Part shown: piece after piece, positions 42,068 to 51,962 of the stretch
How the letters are laid out: each line of letters starts with the position of its first letter
Position numbering within the stretch: position 1 is the stretch's first letter
From: an uncultured Acidobacteriota bacterium
GTDB taxonomy: Bacteria > Acidobacteriota > JAQAZP01
Reading direction: 5' to 3'
Assembly (NCBI GenBank): GCA_963836075.1
Contig: CAWIIB010000001.1
Location: 1,472,001 to 1,536,000 of the forward strand
Length of the DNA stretch: 64,000 nucleotides
Translations under genes and position numbers: made by a program
Notes under the pieces: model-generated
Told to the model about the DNA's origin: nothing
The model's database searches: none
Seen by the model: the letters and a program-made list of their open reading frames with translations, nothing else

Positions 42068-43621
42068 ATGAGAAATGGAACTGCACTACTCTTCATCTTT
42101 GTTCTTTGCCTGGGCTTGATGACCGGTTCCGCTGAGGCGCAGTGGGCCTCGGCGGTCACCGAGGAAGTGACCTCGGGTCCGAATTTCGACCACCTGGGCG
42201 ACAACGCCGTTCTGGTGGACAACGCCGGAACCCTGCACGCGGTGTTCGACCGGATCGATGACGATCCCGACTACGGCCACAATCTCTACTACACTCAGAA
42301 GCCGCTGGAGGGCAGCTGGTCCACACCGTTTCCCATCGGGGATCACAACGAGCTGCAGAGTTCCGCCTCGATGACCATCGACCGGGCCAGCGGTACGCTC
42401 TATGTGGCGTATTTTGAAGGTGAGGACTTCCTGCTCGCTATCCATGACGGACTGTCTTGGGTCTACGAGGAGCTGACCATCCCGGCCGATTACAGCTTCG
42501 GCAATGCCGATGTGGCATTCGGCCCGTCCGGAAACCTGCACCTGACCTACCTCGCGCACGATGACATTTCCGAAGTGTGGACCGTGGGCTACGGCTACTG
42601 GGACGGCACGAACTTTCATGTCCAGGTGCTCGACGAGGTCACGCTCATCGAGGCCGGCCGGTTCACCCTGCCCGACATCAGCGTGCGTTCCGACGGCAGC
42701 GTGGCCATCATCTATCGCAACTGCTGGCAGTATATGGAGTTCAGGGTGGAAGTTGCGGAAAACTCGTCCCTCGGCGGTACTGACTGGACCTATCACAACC
42801 TGAACATCTCGGGGCCAACGTGCTATGCCGGGCCGCTGGTCACCACGCCGGACGATGACATCCACGTGACGATCCACACCAACCTGGAGATGATGTTCCC
42901 CGGACAGATCTACTACAACCATCAGGCGGCCGGGTCGGGGATCTGGGACGGGCCCCAGTTGGTCAGCGGTTCGTTCAATGCCCGGTTCCCGAGTATGGTG
43001 GTGGAGGACGACGGGACGGTGCACATCGTCTGCCATGAAACCGACGGACTGCACGCCACCGGCAATCTGATTTACATCACCAACAGCGGCGGGTCCTGGA
43101 CGCAGCAGTACATCGTCGAGGGTGACGCCGAAGACCCGTCTCTGGACATGGACAGTGGTGGAAACTGCAGCCTGATCTATCGCGTAGGTCTGGAATACTA
43201 CGCGGACAACGACATCTTCTACTACGGGTGTGTCCAGCCGTCAGGGCCCGCCGCCACACTGGCTGCCGCCCTGGACTGCACGCCGTCCACGGGAACAGTG
43301 CCGTTCCAGACGGCGGTCTCCGTCACACTGGAAAACCTCTACCAGGACCAGGCTCGCCGGATGGCGGCCCACATGGATGCCACACTGGCCAGCGGCAGTT
43401 TCTTCCCCAACTGGCGGGCGGGCTACGCCAACCTGTCCGCCGGGGAGAGCTTCGTCACCAGCTGGATGCAGACCATCCCGGCGCTGGGCTCGGTGATTGG
43501 GGACAATATCTTCACCATCGTGGCCCAGGACGTGACGCCGGCGCCTTTCAACCAGCCGCCGTACCCGGCAGCCGGCGACACCGCATCCGACGCCTGCACC
43601 GTGACCGGCAAGGCACCGTAA
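42068..43621 (+). CDS. Secreted beta-propeller (BNR/sialidase-like repeats) protein with CTD-A
   Basis: Signal peptide; repeated D..G.(L/V)H..Y...W blades; CTD-A from ~43259. Confidence 0.88.
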   Translation: MRNGTALLFIFVLCLGLMTGSAEAQWASAVTEEVTSGPNFDHLGDNAVLVDNAGTLHAVFDRIDDDPDYGHNLYYTQKPLEGSWSTPFPIGDHNELQSSASMTIDRASGTLYVAYFEGEDFLLAIHDGLSWVYEELTIPADYSFGNADVAFGPSGNLHLTYLAHDDISEVWTVGYGYWDGTNFHVQVLDEVTLIEAGRFTLPDISVRSDGSVAIIYRNCWQYMEFRVEVAENSSLGGTDWTYHNLNISGPTCYAGPLVTTPDDDIHVTIHTNLEMMFPGQIYYNHQAAGSGIWDGPQLVSGSFNARFPSMVVEDDGTVHIVCHETDGLHATGNLIYITNSGGSWTQQYIVEGDAEDPSLDMDSGGNCSLIYRVGLEYYADNDIFYYGCVQPSGPAATLAAALDCTPSTGTVPFQTAVSVTLENLYQDQARRMAAHMDATLASGSFFPNWRAGYANLSAGESFVTSWMQTIPALGSVIGDNIFTIVAQDVTPAPFNQPPYPAAGDTASDACTVTGKAP

Positions 43622-43676
43622 ACGGTCAGATGAAGAAGCCGCACCGCTAAGCACCACGGGGCGCCAGGCAGATCAG

Positions 43677-43716
43677 AGGCGGAATCTTTCGCAAGAGAGG
43701 TTCCGCCTTTTTCTTT
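43677..43716 (+). terminator. Rho-independent terminator
   Basis: aggcggaatct-ttcgcaagag-aggttccgcct followed by a T tract. Confidence 0.75.
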
Positions 43717-43837
43717 CAACAAAGCAGTCGATGGTCACCCCCACTGTGGGGCCCTCATTGCCGGGCGCGCATACATGCTGTATCATATCAACGGTTTAGA
43801 CAGTTCCTGGAGCATCGGAAGCTGGCATGGAGAGAGA

Positions 43838-45317
43838 ATGAACACGGTCGACATCTGCCTGGTCAATCCCCCCACTCCAGCAGCCAACCCCTACAATCTG
43901 GCCATACCCTACCTGTCAGCCAACCTGAAAAAACATGGTTTCTCCACGAAGATCATCGACGCGTCGGCGCTATGCCTTGGCCCGGATGAGCTGGCGGAAA
44001 CGGTTGCAGGATACCGCCCGCGCTTTGCCGGGGTGACCGTGTTTTCAAGCCTGCGGGTGAGGCCGGCGCAAGAGACCCTGACCGCACTGAAGAAGGTGAT
44101 GCCGGAGGTCACCACGGTCTGCGGCGGGATCATGGCGACGCTCTGCCCCGAGGAGTTTGCCCCGCTGTGCGACCTGGTGGTCACCGGCCCGGGGGAACAA
44201 CGGATCGTCGATATCGTGAGGGACTTCCCCGGCCGCGGCGTTTTTGACCTTCCCGGAGTGGCCTGGTTCAATCGTCGAGGCGGAAGAACTGGTGGTCAAT
44301 CCCCCGGAGTTCCTCACCGATCTCGATGCGTTGCCCTTCCCCGACTGGGACGGCGTCCTGGAAGATGTGAGCATGGATCGTGTTTTTGACCACAACGAAA
44401 TCTCGTACAAACAGGAACTGGTGGTGCCCTTCCTGAGTTCCCGGGGGTGTCCCCTCCGCTGCGCGTTCTGCAGCAACTGGGTTATTGGGGCAAAGAAAGT
44501 AAGCAGCAGGTCGGCACAAAACATTGTCGAAGAACTGCGGCAGTGGAAGGAGCGTCTCGGCATATCCCTGTTCCATTTTTGCGACGACAATTTCGGTATC
44601 GACCCCCGGCACGTGACCGATGTCTGTGACGCGATAACCGGCGCCGATCTGGATATCCGCTGGAGGTGTACCATCCCGGCCACCTCCACGTGCGATGATT
44701 CCACCGTCCGTAAGCTGAAAGCGGCGGGCTGCGCCAAAGCTTTTATGGGAGTCGAGTCCGCTGATCCGGAGATCCTGCGATCGATCAACAAACCGCTCAA
44801 GCTCTCCAACGTGCAGCGCACTGTTTACCTGTTAATGAAGGCCGGCATCCCCACCACCACGTCGTTCATTCTCGGGCTTCCCGGCGACACGGAAGAGACG
44901 GTGCTGAAGACCATGCAATTCGCCGCGGACCTGCACGCCTCGGAGCTGTCCATCTGGGCAGCCAACCCGTTCCCCAAAACTGTTATGTGGGAGATGGTGC
45001 AGCAGGAAGGCGGGCAACTGGACCCGGGCGATGTCTTCGATCCGTCCCCGCCACCGGTCAGGTATGTGACCCCGGGCCTCAAGGGCTGGGATCTGGCGAG
45101 ATTGATCATTTTCTTCTTTTCGTACTGGGCCTACCACAACCTCCCCCAGGCGATCCGCTTTCTCACCTCCCCGCTCGGCTGGACCAGATGGAGTTTGCGC
45201 TACCGGATGAAAGTCACCCTGGCAGTGGTATATTTACTGCTGCTCCTGCTCCTGTGCCGGATATTCAGGCGCCCGCTTCGCTTTCCGCGGTGGGCCAGAG
45301 ACAAGCGGAACCGTTAA
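43838..45317 (+). CDS. B12-binding radical SAM protein (frameshift ~44275)
   Basis: LVNPP..YLSA.LK..G, CGG..AT, GPGE in frame 1; LPFPDW, SRGCPLRCAFC, DDNF, GVES, FILGLPG in frame 2. Confidence 0.88.
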
Positions 45318-45336
45318 CCAGGTAACAGGTGAGTGA

Positions 45337-47076
45337 TTGAACCAGAATACGGACAGGCGAAACCTCCCCGGCAGGACCGCGGCCCTCGCGGCAGCCGCCC
45401 TGCTGACGGTTTTGATCAGTTGCGGCGGCAGCGCACCAGAGCCCGCTGCAGAATCCAGCAAGGTGGTCATCATCGCCCTTGACGGTGTCAGCTGGAACAC
45501 GGCGGCTCCCCTGGTCGAGCGCGGCGAGATGCCCCACCTGGCATCCCTGGTCAGCAACGGCTGCTGGGGCAGCCTGGACACGCTGAAACCGACCTGGACA
45601 CCCATCATCTTCACCACCATGGCCACGGGCAAGAGCCCCGAGGAACACGGTGTCAACAACTTCATCGACGCCAACGGCACACCACTCTCCAGCAACATGC
45701 GGCGGGTCAAGGCGCTGTGGAACATGGTGAGCGAGGCATCGCGCAAGGTGGTCTTCGTGGGGTGGCCGGTCACCTGGCCGGCGGAAGAGGTCAACGGCGT
45801 CCTGGTGGCGGAGAACTTCGGGATGCACGAGGAGAACCGGATCCACCCACCCGAACTGCAGCCCGAGCTGGCCCGCCGCCTGGCTGTTCTGGAGCGGAAC
45901 GATCCGCATCCCGACGTGAAACGCCTGCTGAAAATCACCCGGAAGGCGATCAAGGATCTCAGCGGTGCGGCCCTCAAGGGGGGCAAAGCGGGACAGGCCG
46001 CCAGGCCACAAAAGACACGCGACACGGAGCAGCCCGCCCGCCGTAAGAAGAAGGACAAGACCAGGCTCAAGGGCCTGCACGTGAACCAGGTGATGGAATA
46101 TATCCGGACCAGGCTGCGCCTGGAAAAGGAGGTCAGCGCGCCATACTTCATCGAACTGGTGGCCCGGGAGGCCCCGGACCTGGCCGTGGTCTATTTTGCC
46201 GGAACGGATATGCTCCAGCACACCTGCGGGGCCAGGGACAACCAGTCCGCCCAGGGGGTCCAGCCAAACCCGGAGATGCTGTCCGCCATTGACGAGGTCC
46301 ACAGGTTCTATGACGCAATCGTCGGTGAGCTGCAGGAAGGCATCTCTGCTCTTCCCGGTTACGAGGACTGCATTTTCATTGTGCTCTCGGACCACGGGTT
46401 CGACCTGGACGCCGGGGATCAACCGTTTGCCCTGCGCCGCCGCCAACCGGTGGAAGGATCGCCGCTCTATCCGGCTGGCGCTGGCACTGGCGGAACGGCT
46501 GCAGACGCCGTAGTGCCCCTGCCCCAGTATCTGGTGGGAGAATCTCTTCTTCCGGACACACCGGCCGAATCCCCTGGCGACCTCCACCAGACATCCATTT
46601 TCGAGAGTATCGAGCCCGGGTCAGGAGAGAACCAGGGCTGGTGGCTCTGCCGGTTCGATCCCCGGCTGGACGGTCCGGCCAGGTATCAGGCGCTCAACCG
46701 GATGGTCCACTACGGCGAGTCCGGACTGGAGTCGAGAAATCTCTTCACCACCATTGCCCACGATTTCCAGCCACCGGGGATCTTCGTCATCCAGGGCGGG
46801 CAGGTGCAGGCCGCGGGCCCGCTGGGCGACCTCGCGGTGGACCAGATTGCCCCCACTGTGCTGGCCCTGATGGGAATGGCGGTGGCCGACGACATGCCAG
46901 GCGGCCCCATACCCCTGCCGCTGACCCTGGCGGATGGTGCACCAGCCCTGCTCACCCCTCCCTCGCGAGTCACCACCTATGACACAGTAGCCCGGGAAGC
47001 GGACGAGGAGGCGGTCAGTTCCGGCTCCGATGAAAAGATACGCAACCAGTTGCGGTTGATGGGGTATATCGAGTAG
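45337..47076 (+). CDS. Alkaline-phosphatase-superfamily (phosphodiesterase/NPP-like) lipoprotein
   Basis: LISC lipobox; IIALDG, PTWTP..FTTMATG, SDHGF, IAPTVLALMG, C-terminal LR.MGYIE. Confidence 0.88.
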   Translation: MNQNTDRRNLPGRTAALAAAALLTVLISCGGSAPEPAAESSKVVIIALDGVSWNTAAPLVERGEMPHLASLVSNGCWGSLDTLKPTWTPIIFTTMATGKSPEEHGVNNFIDANGTPLSSNMRRVKALWNMVSEASRKVVFVGWPVTWPAEEVNGVLVAENFGMHEENRIHPPELQPELARRLAVLERNDPHPDVKRLLKITRKAIKDLSGAALKGGKAGQAARPQKTRDTEQPARRKKKDKTRLKGLHVNQVMEYIRTRLRLEKEVSAPYFIELVAREAPDLAVVYFAGTDMLQHTCGARDNQSAQGVQPNPEMLSAIDEVHRFYDAIVGELQEGISALPGYEDCIFIVLSDHGFDLDAGDQPFALRRRQPVEGSPLYPAGAGTGGTAADAVVPLPQYLVGESLLPDTPAESPGDLHQTSIFESIEPGSGENQGWWLCRFDPRLDGPARYQALNRMVHYGESGLESRNLFTTIAHDFQPPGIFVIQGGQVQAAGPLGDLAVDQIAPTVLALMGMAVADDMPGGPIPLPLTLADGAPALLTPPSRVTTYDTVAREADEEAVSSGSDEKIRNQLRLMGYIE

Positions 47077-47275
47077 TGACCTGGTGAGTCCATGGAGTTC
47101 ATTTTTCCTGGGCCAAAAAGCTTGACACGATCACACAAAGTCACCTAGACTCCGCCTCTCCTTTTTATACGGGCTTGTTACATCAGGGGTATTCGCGTAT
47201 CCGGACGAACGATATCGCGGGATACGACACTCACGAACAGCAGCGTTCCGGCGATGCGGAACGTGTGGAGGAACC

Positions 47276-48295
47276 ATGAGAGAAGAAGTCAAACAGATGG
47301 TCGAAGCCGGCGACGTGGATGGGTTGATCGGCACTTTCCAGGCCGCAGACCGCTACGCCGCCATTGAGATCGCCGAAGCGCTGGAATCTTTCGGGGAAAA
47401 GGCCGTGCGGCCGTTGTCGGGCCTGCTGGATCAGCCGTCGGCCGGTTTGCGCGAGGACGTGGTACGGGTCCTGGGCAAGATCCGCAGCCCCCAGGCGGTG
47501 GACACGCTGATCGAAGCCTTGAAGGATGAAGACAAGTATGTCCGCGAAAACGCAGCCCGGGCCCTGGGTGGAATCGGCGACGCCAAGGCCGTGCCCGGCC
47601 TGACCAGTCTGCTCGACGAGGAAGAGAGCAACATCCGGGAGACGGCGATCCGGGCTCTGGGAGAACTGGGCGACAAGCGAGCCGTGGATTCGCTGCTGCC
47701 GGCGCTCAACGACCGGGACAGTCATATCCGCGAGGCGGCGGTGAATGCTTTGGGGCTCATCGGAGATCACTCGGCGCTGGAGGCGGTTCAGCAGACCTGC
47801 CAGGACCGGGACTCCCTGGTGCAGGAGAGCAGTGCCCGGGCATTGGGCCGCATCGGCGATCCCGCGGCTGTTGATGCATTGATCACCTTGCTGCAGGACG
47901 GCAACACCTACACCAGGATGTACGCCGCCCGTTCCCTGGGAACACTGGGTAACGAGAGCGCCCTGGCCCCCCTGAAGCTGGCGACGGAAGACCCTGAAGA
48001 GAGGGTGAGCAAGGAAGCCGCAGCGGCCCTGGAACTGCTCGGTTCGGCAAAGAAGCAGAAGCCGGTGGCAAAGCCCCGCAAGATCGTAAAGAAACCGAAG
48101 CCCACGGCAAAGGTCGCCAAGGCCACCGGCAAAACCGCCGCCAAAGCCAGAACCCAAAAGGCCGCAGCCAAGGGCAGGACCGTCAAAAAAGTCACCGCCA
48201 AGCCCGTGACCAAGGCCGCCAAAAAGACCACCGGTAAAGCCACCAGGAAACCGGGAAAAACCGCGACCCGGAAAAAGAAAAGCAAAAAGAACTGA
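47276..48295 (+). CDS. HEAT/PBS-lyase repeat protein with Lys/Ala-rich histone-H1-like tail
   Basis: Repeats of L.D....VR..A..ALG.IGD..AV; last ~80 aa rich in K/A/T/P. Confidence 0.9.
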   Translation: MREEVKQMVEAGDVDGLIGTFQAADRYAAIEIAEALESFGEKAVRPLSGLLDQPSAGLREDVVRVLGKIRSPQAVDTLIEALKDEDKYVRENAARALGGIGDAKAVPGLTSLLDEEESNIRETAIRALGELGDKRAVDSLLPALNDRDSHIREAAVNALGLIGDHSALEAVQQTCQDRDSLVQESSARALGRIGDPAAVDALITLLQDGNTYTRMYAARSLGTLGNESALAPLKLATEDPEERVSKEAAAALELLGSAKKQKPVAKPRKIVKKPKPTAKVAKATGKTAAKARTQKAAAKGRTVKKVTAKPVTKAAKKTTGKATRKPGKTATRKKKSKKN

Positions 48296-48306
48296 TCCGG
48301 AAAATC

Positions 48307-48347
48307 AAAAGGCGGAACCCCTCGCTTGAGGAGTTCCGCCTTTTTTT
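48307..48347. terminator. Bidirectional rho-independent terminator
   Basis: aaaaggcggaaccc-ctcgcttgag-gagttccgccttttttt between convergent genes. Confidence 0.85.
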
Positions 48348-48388
48348 ATGGCATCAGGGGATGGCGGCTGTACCCCCAGCTGGTAAGG

Positions 48389-48970
48389 CTACCTGGGGCT
48401 CACCCCGGTGACCACCGAGTCAGTTGCAATCTCCACTCTCGGCTCCTCGACGATCTTTACCGCGTTGACCACCATGCCCTTCTTCAGATCCGTGGCCGCC
48501 ACCTGTTTGCCGTCGACCAGCAAGGTGTACTCCGGCTTGACTTCATACTGCTTGTTCTCACCGTTGGCCAGGGTCAGAACAATGCTTTTCGAGCTGACCC
48601 AGAATACGGTCCCGGTGAGTTCCGATGTGGTCCGTTCCAGGAGCGGCGTCTGGGTGGTGGTCATCTCGCCGGTCAGAATGGTCCCCAGTTCGACCTCGCC
48701 CAGCGGCATCTCCACACCGTCGACGATGACGATCCGGTCCGGTGTGGCAAGGAAAACCCGGTAGTCCCCCTCCGGAATCATCCTGACCACAATGGAATCA
48801 TGCGCGATGTTCAAGAGCTCCCCCTTGAGCGTCGTTTTGGAGACCAGAGTGTCGCCCGTGGGCATCTTTTCAGTGGTCTGGATGGCCTGGGCCGTCGCTC
48901 CAACGGTGTAGCCGAACGCGCAGATGATCAGCGCCACCATGTAAACCGTCCTGCTGATATTGAGTCTCAT
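48389..48970 (-). CDS. Secreted protein with two OB-fold-like (DUF5666-like) repeats
   Basis: Signal peptide; two units ending VDG......L..G; GGGAGA RBS. Confidence 0.75.
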   Translation of the reverse strand: MRLNISRTVYMVALIICAFGYTVGATAQAIQTTEKMPTGDTLVSKTTLKGELLNIAHDSIVVRMIPEGDYRVFLATPDRIVIVDGVEMPLGEVELGTILTGEMTTTQTPLLERTTSELTGTVFWVSSKSIVLTLANGENKQYEVKPEYTLLVDGKQVAATDLKKGMVVNAVKIVEEPRVEIATDSVVTGVSPR

Positions 48971-49202
48971 TCTCTTCTCCCTTTGCCTGTGCAGACATGC
49001 GAGTAATGCATACGCCGCCAGTGGTGGCCGCGTCTGCCGGACTGATGTGGATGGCATTGTGGAACCGGACCCTGAAAATATAGAACCTGGCCCATTCACA
49101 GTCAACCACATTCCTTCGGGATGGAGAATCCGTGGAGTGTCGTATAATGGACCATCCCTTTGCGGATGGTCGTTTTGAATTACATCCATCAGGAGAACGA
49201 AT

Positions 49203-50171
49203 ATGACATTACGAACGGCAACACTTTTCTGTGCCCTGGCGTTGATGACCTGCTTCACGCAGTTCTCCGTGGCGCAGGAACCGACCTCGCCCCCGGAGCA
49301 CCGGGTGGAGATGTGGCTGGATCTCTATACCGGTGAGCCGGTGGAGTTCGATGAAATGATCAGTGACCTGACCCAGGCCGACCTGATCTTTCTTGGTGAG
49401 CACCATACCGTCCCGCGCCATCACCAGTGGCAGCAGAAGATCATCGAGACACTGGCCTCCGGTGGGGCATCACTGGTGCTGGGGCTGGAAATGGTGGGCC
49501 GGCAATACCAGCCGGAACTGGACCGCTACGGCGAGGGGGAAATCGATTTCGAGGAGCTGGCGGAATCGACGGAGTGGGGCGAATACTGGGGCAACTACGC
49601 CGACTACAAAGCGATCCTCGAATCGGCCCGCAAGGCCGGAACCAGGATCCTGGCTCTCAACGCCAGCCTGGACGTGGTTCGAAAAATTGGCCGGCAGGGA
49701 GTGGAGGCCCTGACCGAGGCCGAACGCGACGCCCTGCCGTCCCGGCTGAACCTGGATGATGAAGCCTATTTCGCTCTGCTGAAAATGCAGATGATGGTTC
49801 ATGCCGGCGTCACCGAAGATCAATTGCAAAACATCTTTGCCGCCCAGGTGGCCCGCGACGAAACCATGGCCGAAACCATGGCCCACTACCTGAAGTCACC
49901 GGCGGGCAAGGGCCGCAAGGCTGTGGTGCTCTGTGGCGCCGGACACTGCACATACGGCTACGGGACCGTCTCCCGTTTGGCGAGCCGCCTTCCCCAGGCC
50001 ACGGTGCGGATCGTCATTCTCTCGGAAAGCGGCGACGTGGAACTGCCGCCGGAAATGAAAAAATACGCCAGGGACATCGAGATCTCGCACCAGCAGTTGC
50101 GGGATGTTGTCAAACAGCCCCTGGGCGATTACCTGAGTATCATTCAACCAAAGCCCGAATCGGCGAAGTAG
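49203..50171 (+). CDS. chaN: ChaN family (haem-uptake/Tiki-like) periplasmic protein
   Basis: IFLGEHH, LGLEM, ALN, AQVARDETMA, CGAGH. Confidence 0.88.
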   Translation: MTLRTATLFCALALMTCFTQFSVAQEPTSPPEHRVEMWLDLYTGEPVEFDEMISDLTQADLIFLGEHHTVPRHHQWQQKIIETLASGGASLVLGLEMVGRQYQPELDRYGEGEIDFEELAESTEWGEYWGNYADYKAILESARKAGTRILALNASLDVVRKIGRQGVEALTEAERDALPSRLNLDDEAYFALLKMQMMVHAGVTEDQLQNIFAAQVARDETMAETMAHYLKSPAGKGRKAVVLCGAGHCTYGYGTVSRLASRLPQATVRIVILSESGDVELPPEMKKYARDIEISHQQLRDVVKQPLGDYLSIIQPKPESAK

Positions 50172-50186
50172 CAGCTGAGGAGACCG

Positions 50187-51845
50187 ATGATGACAGACCA
50201 GGACAGGACCCATTCCGTCAGTCCCACCGGCGAATCGTTTCCCTTGCCCCTGGAGAGCGAGTACGGGGCGGAGTTTCAGCGGGTGAAATTGCTGGCGGAC
50301 GAAGCGCGCGCGGAGGGGAAGGAAATCGTTGTGGTCATGGGTGTCGGTTTTGTGGGAGCGGTGATGGCCGCCATCGTTGCCGACGCCCGGGACGAAAACG
50401 GGAACCCCACGAAGTTTGTCATCGGCTGCCAGCGTCCCAGCACCCGCAGTTACTGGAAAATCCCGCTGCTCAACCGCGGGGAAGCTCCCGTGAAAGCAGA
50501 GGACCCTGAAGTGGACGTGCTGATCACCCGCTGCGTGACGGAAATCGGCACACTGATCGCCACCTACAACAACGATTGCCTGAAGCTGGCCGACTGTGTT
50601 GTGGTGGATGTCCAGTGCGACTATCAGAAACAGGATCTGGGCCGGATGAAGACCGGTGAGACCGACATGATCGCCCTGGAAGCGACCATGCGGACCATCG
50701 GGCAGAAAATCCCGCCGGAGTGCCTGACGCTCATCGAGACCACCGTGGCCCCGGGCACCACCGAATTCGTGGCCTGGCCCATCCTCAAAAAAGCCTTTGC
50801 CAAGCGGGATATCGATGCCGATCCGGTGCTGGCCCACAGCTTCGAGCGGGTGATGCCGGGCCGTGAATATGTGTCGAGCATCAGGGATTTCTGGCGGGTC
50901 TGTGCCGGTTGCAACGCGGAAGCCTCCCGGCGTGTGGAAACATTCCTGCACCAGGTGCTCAATACGGAGGAGTTCCCGTTGACGGTGATGGACCGGCCCA
51001 TCGAGTCGGAAACCACCAAGATCGTGGAGAACTCCTACCGGGCGACGATCCTGGCCTTCCTCAACGAGTGGAGCCTGTTTTCGGAGCGCAATGGTGTGGA
51101 CCTGGTCAAGGTGATCAACGCGATCAAGATGCGCCCCACCCACAGCAATATGATCTTCCCCGGTCCGGGGATCGGCGGGTATTGCCTGCCCAAGGACGGC
51201 GGCCTGGGCTACTGGGCCTACCGGCACATCCTGGGGTTCGAAGACGGCGACAGCGTGTTCAAGCTGACGCCCACGGCCATTGACATCAATGACACCCGCG
51301 GCCTGCATGTGGCCGAACTGGTGCGGGACGCCCTGCGCAACATGGGCCGCTACATCGCCGGGGCGGATGTGGTGATCTGCGGCGCCAGCTACCGTCAGGA
51401 TGTTGGTGATACGCGGTACAGCGGCAGTGAGCTGGTGGTGCGGAAACTCACCGAGATGGGGGCGGATATCCGGGTGCACGACCCGTACGTGGAGCACTGG
51501 TACGAGCTGGAGAACCAGGACGTCTACCCCTCTGCCGGTCATTCGTGGAGCCGGTTCTTCCGCAACCAGGACGGCCTGGCGGATACGCGGATCAACCGGG
51601 ACCTGCCGGCGGTCCTGGCCGGTGCGGAGGCGGTTATTCTGGCCGTGCCGCACGAACCGTATCTGAAACTCACACCGGATGATGTTGTCGGTTATGCCGG
51701 GAAACCCCTGGCGGTGATCGACTGCTTCGGGATCCTTTCCGACGATCAGATCCGCCGCTATTTCGAACTGGGCTGTGAGGTGAAAGCCCTGGGGCGGGGC
51801 CACATCCAGCGCATCAAGAAAGAGGTGCGAGAATCCAACGGCTGA
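50187..51845 (+). CDS. UDP-glucose/GDP-mannose dehydrogenase family nucleotide-sugar dehydrogenase
   Basis: VMGVGFVG, ETTVAPGTTE, ERVMPG, KIVENSYR, GIGGYCLPKD, DTRYS, HDPYV. Confidence 0.95.
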   Translation: MMTDQDRTHSVSPTGESFPLPLESEYGAEFQRVKLLADEARAEGKEIVVVMGVGFVGAVMAAIVADARDENGNPTKFVIGCQRPSTRSYWKIPLLNRGEAPVKAEDPEVDVLITRCVTEIGTLIATYNNDCLKLADCVVVDVQCDYQKQDLGRMKTGETDMIALEATMRTIGQKIPPECLTLIETTVAPGTTEFVAWPILKKAFAKRDIDADPVLAHSFERVMPGREYVSSIRDFWRVCAGCNAEASRRVETFLHQVLNTEEFPLTVMDRPIESETTKIVENSYRATILAFLNEWSLFSERNGVDLVKVINAIKMRPTHSNMIFPGPGIGGYCLPKDGGLGYWAYRHILGFEDGDSVFKLTPTAIDINDTRGLHVAELVRDALRNMGRYIAGADVVICGASYRQDVGDTRYSGSELVVRKLTEMGADIRVHDPYVEHWYELENQDVYPSAGHSWSRFFRNQDGLADTRINRDLPAVLAGAEAVILAVPHEPYLKLTPDDVVGYAGKPLAVIDCFGILSDDQIRRYFELGCEVKALGRGHIQRIKKEVRESNG

Positions 51846-51962
51846 TCCGGAAGCCGACGACTGAAAGTGGCGGCGAGATGGTCTGGTCATCTGTTACAAT
51901 CGGAGCAGTTACCGTACGGAAAGCACTGGTTCCTCACAATTAAACTTTGCAGGAGAGACACC

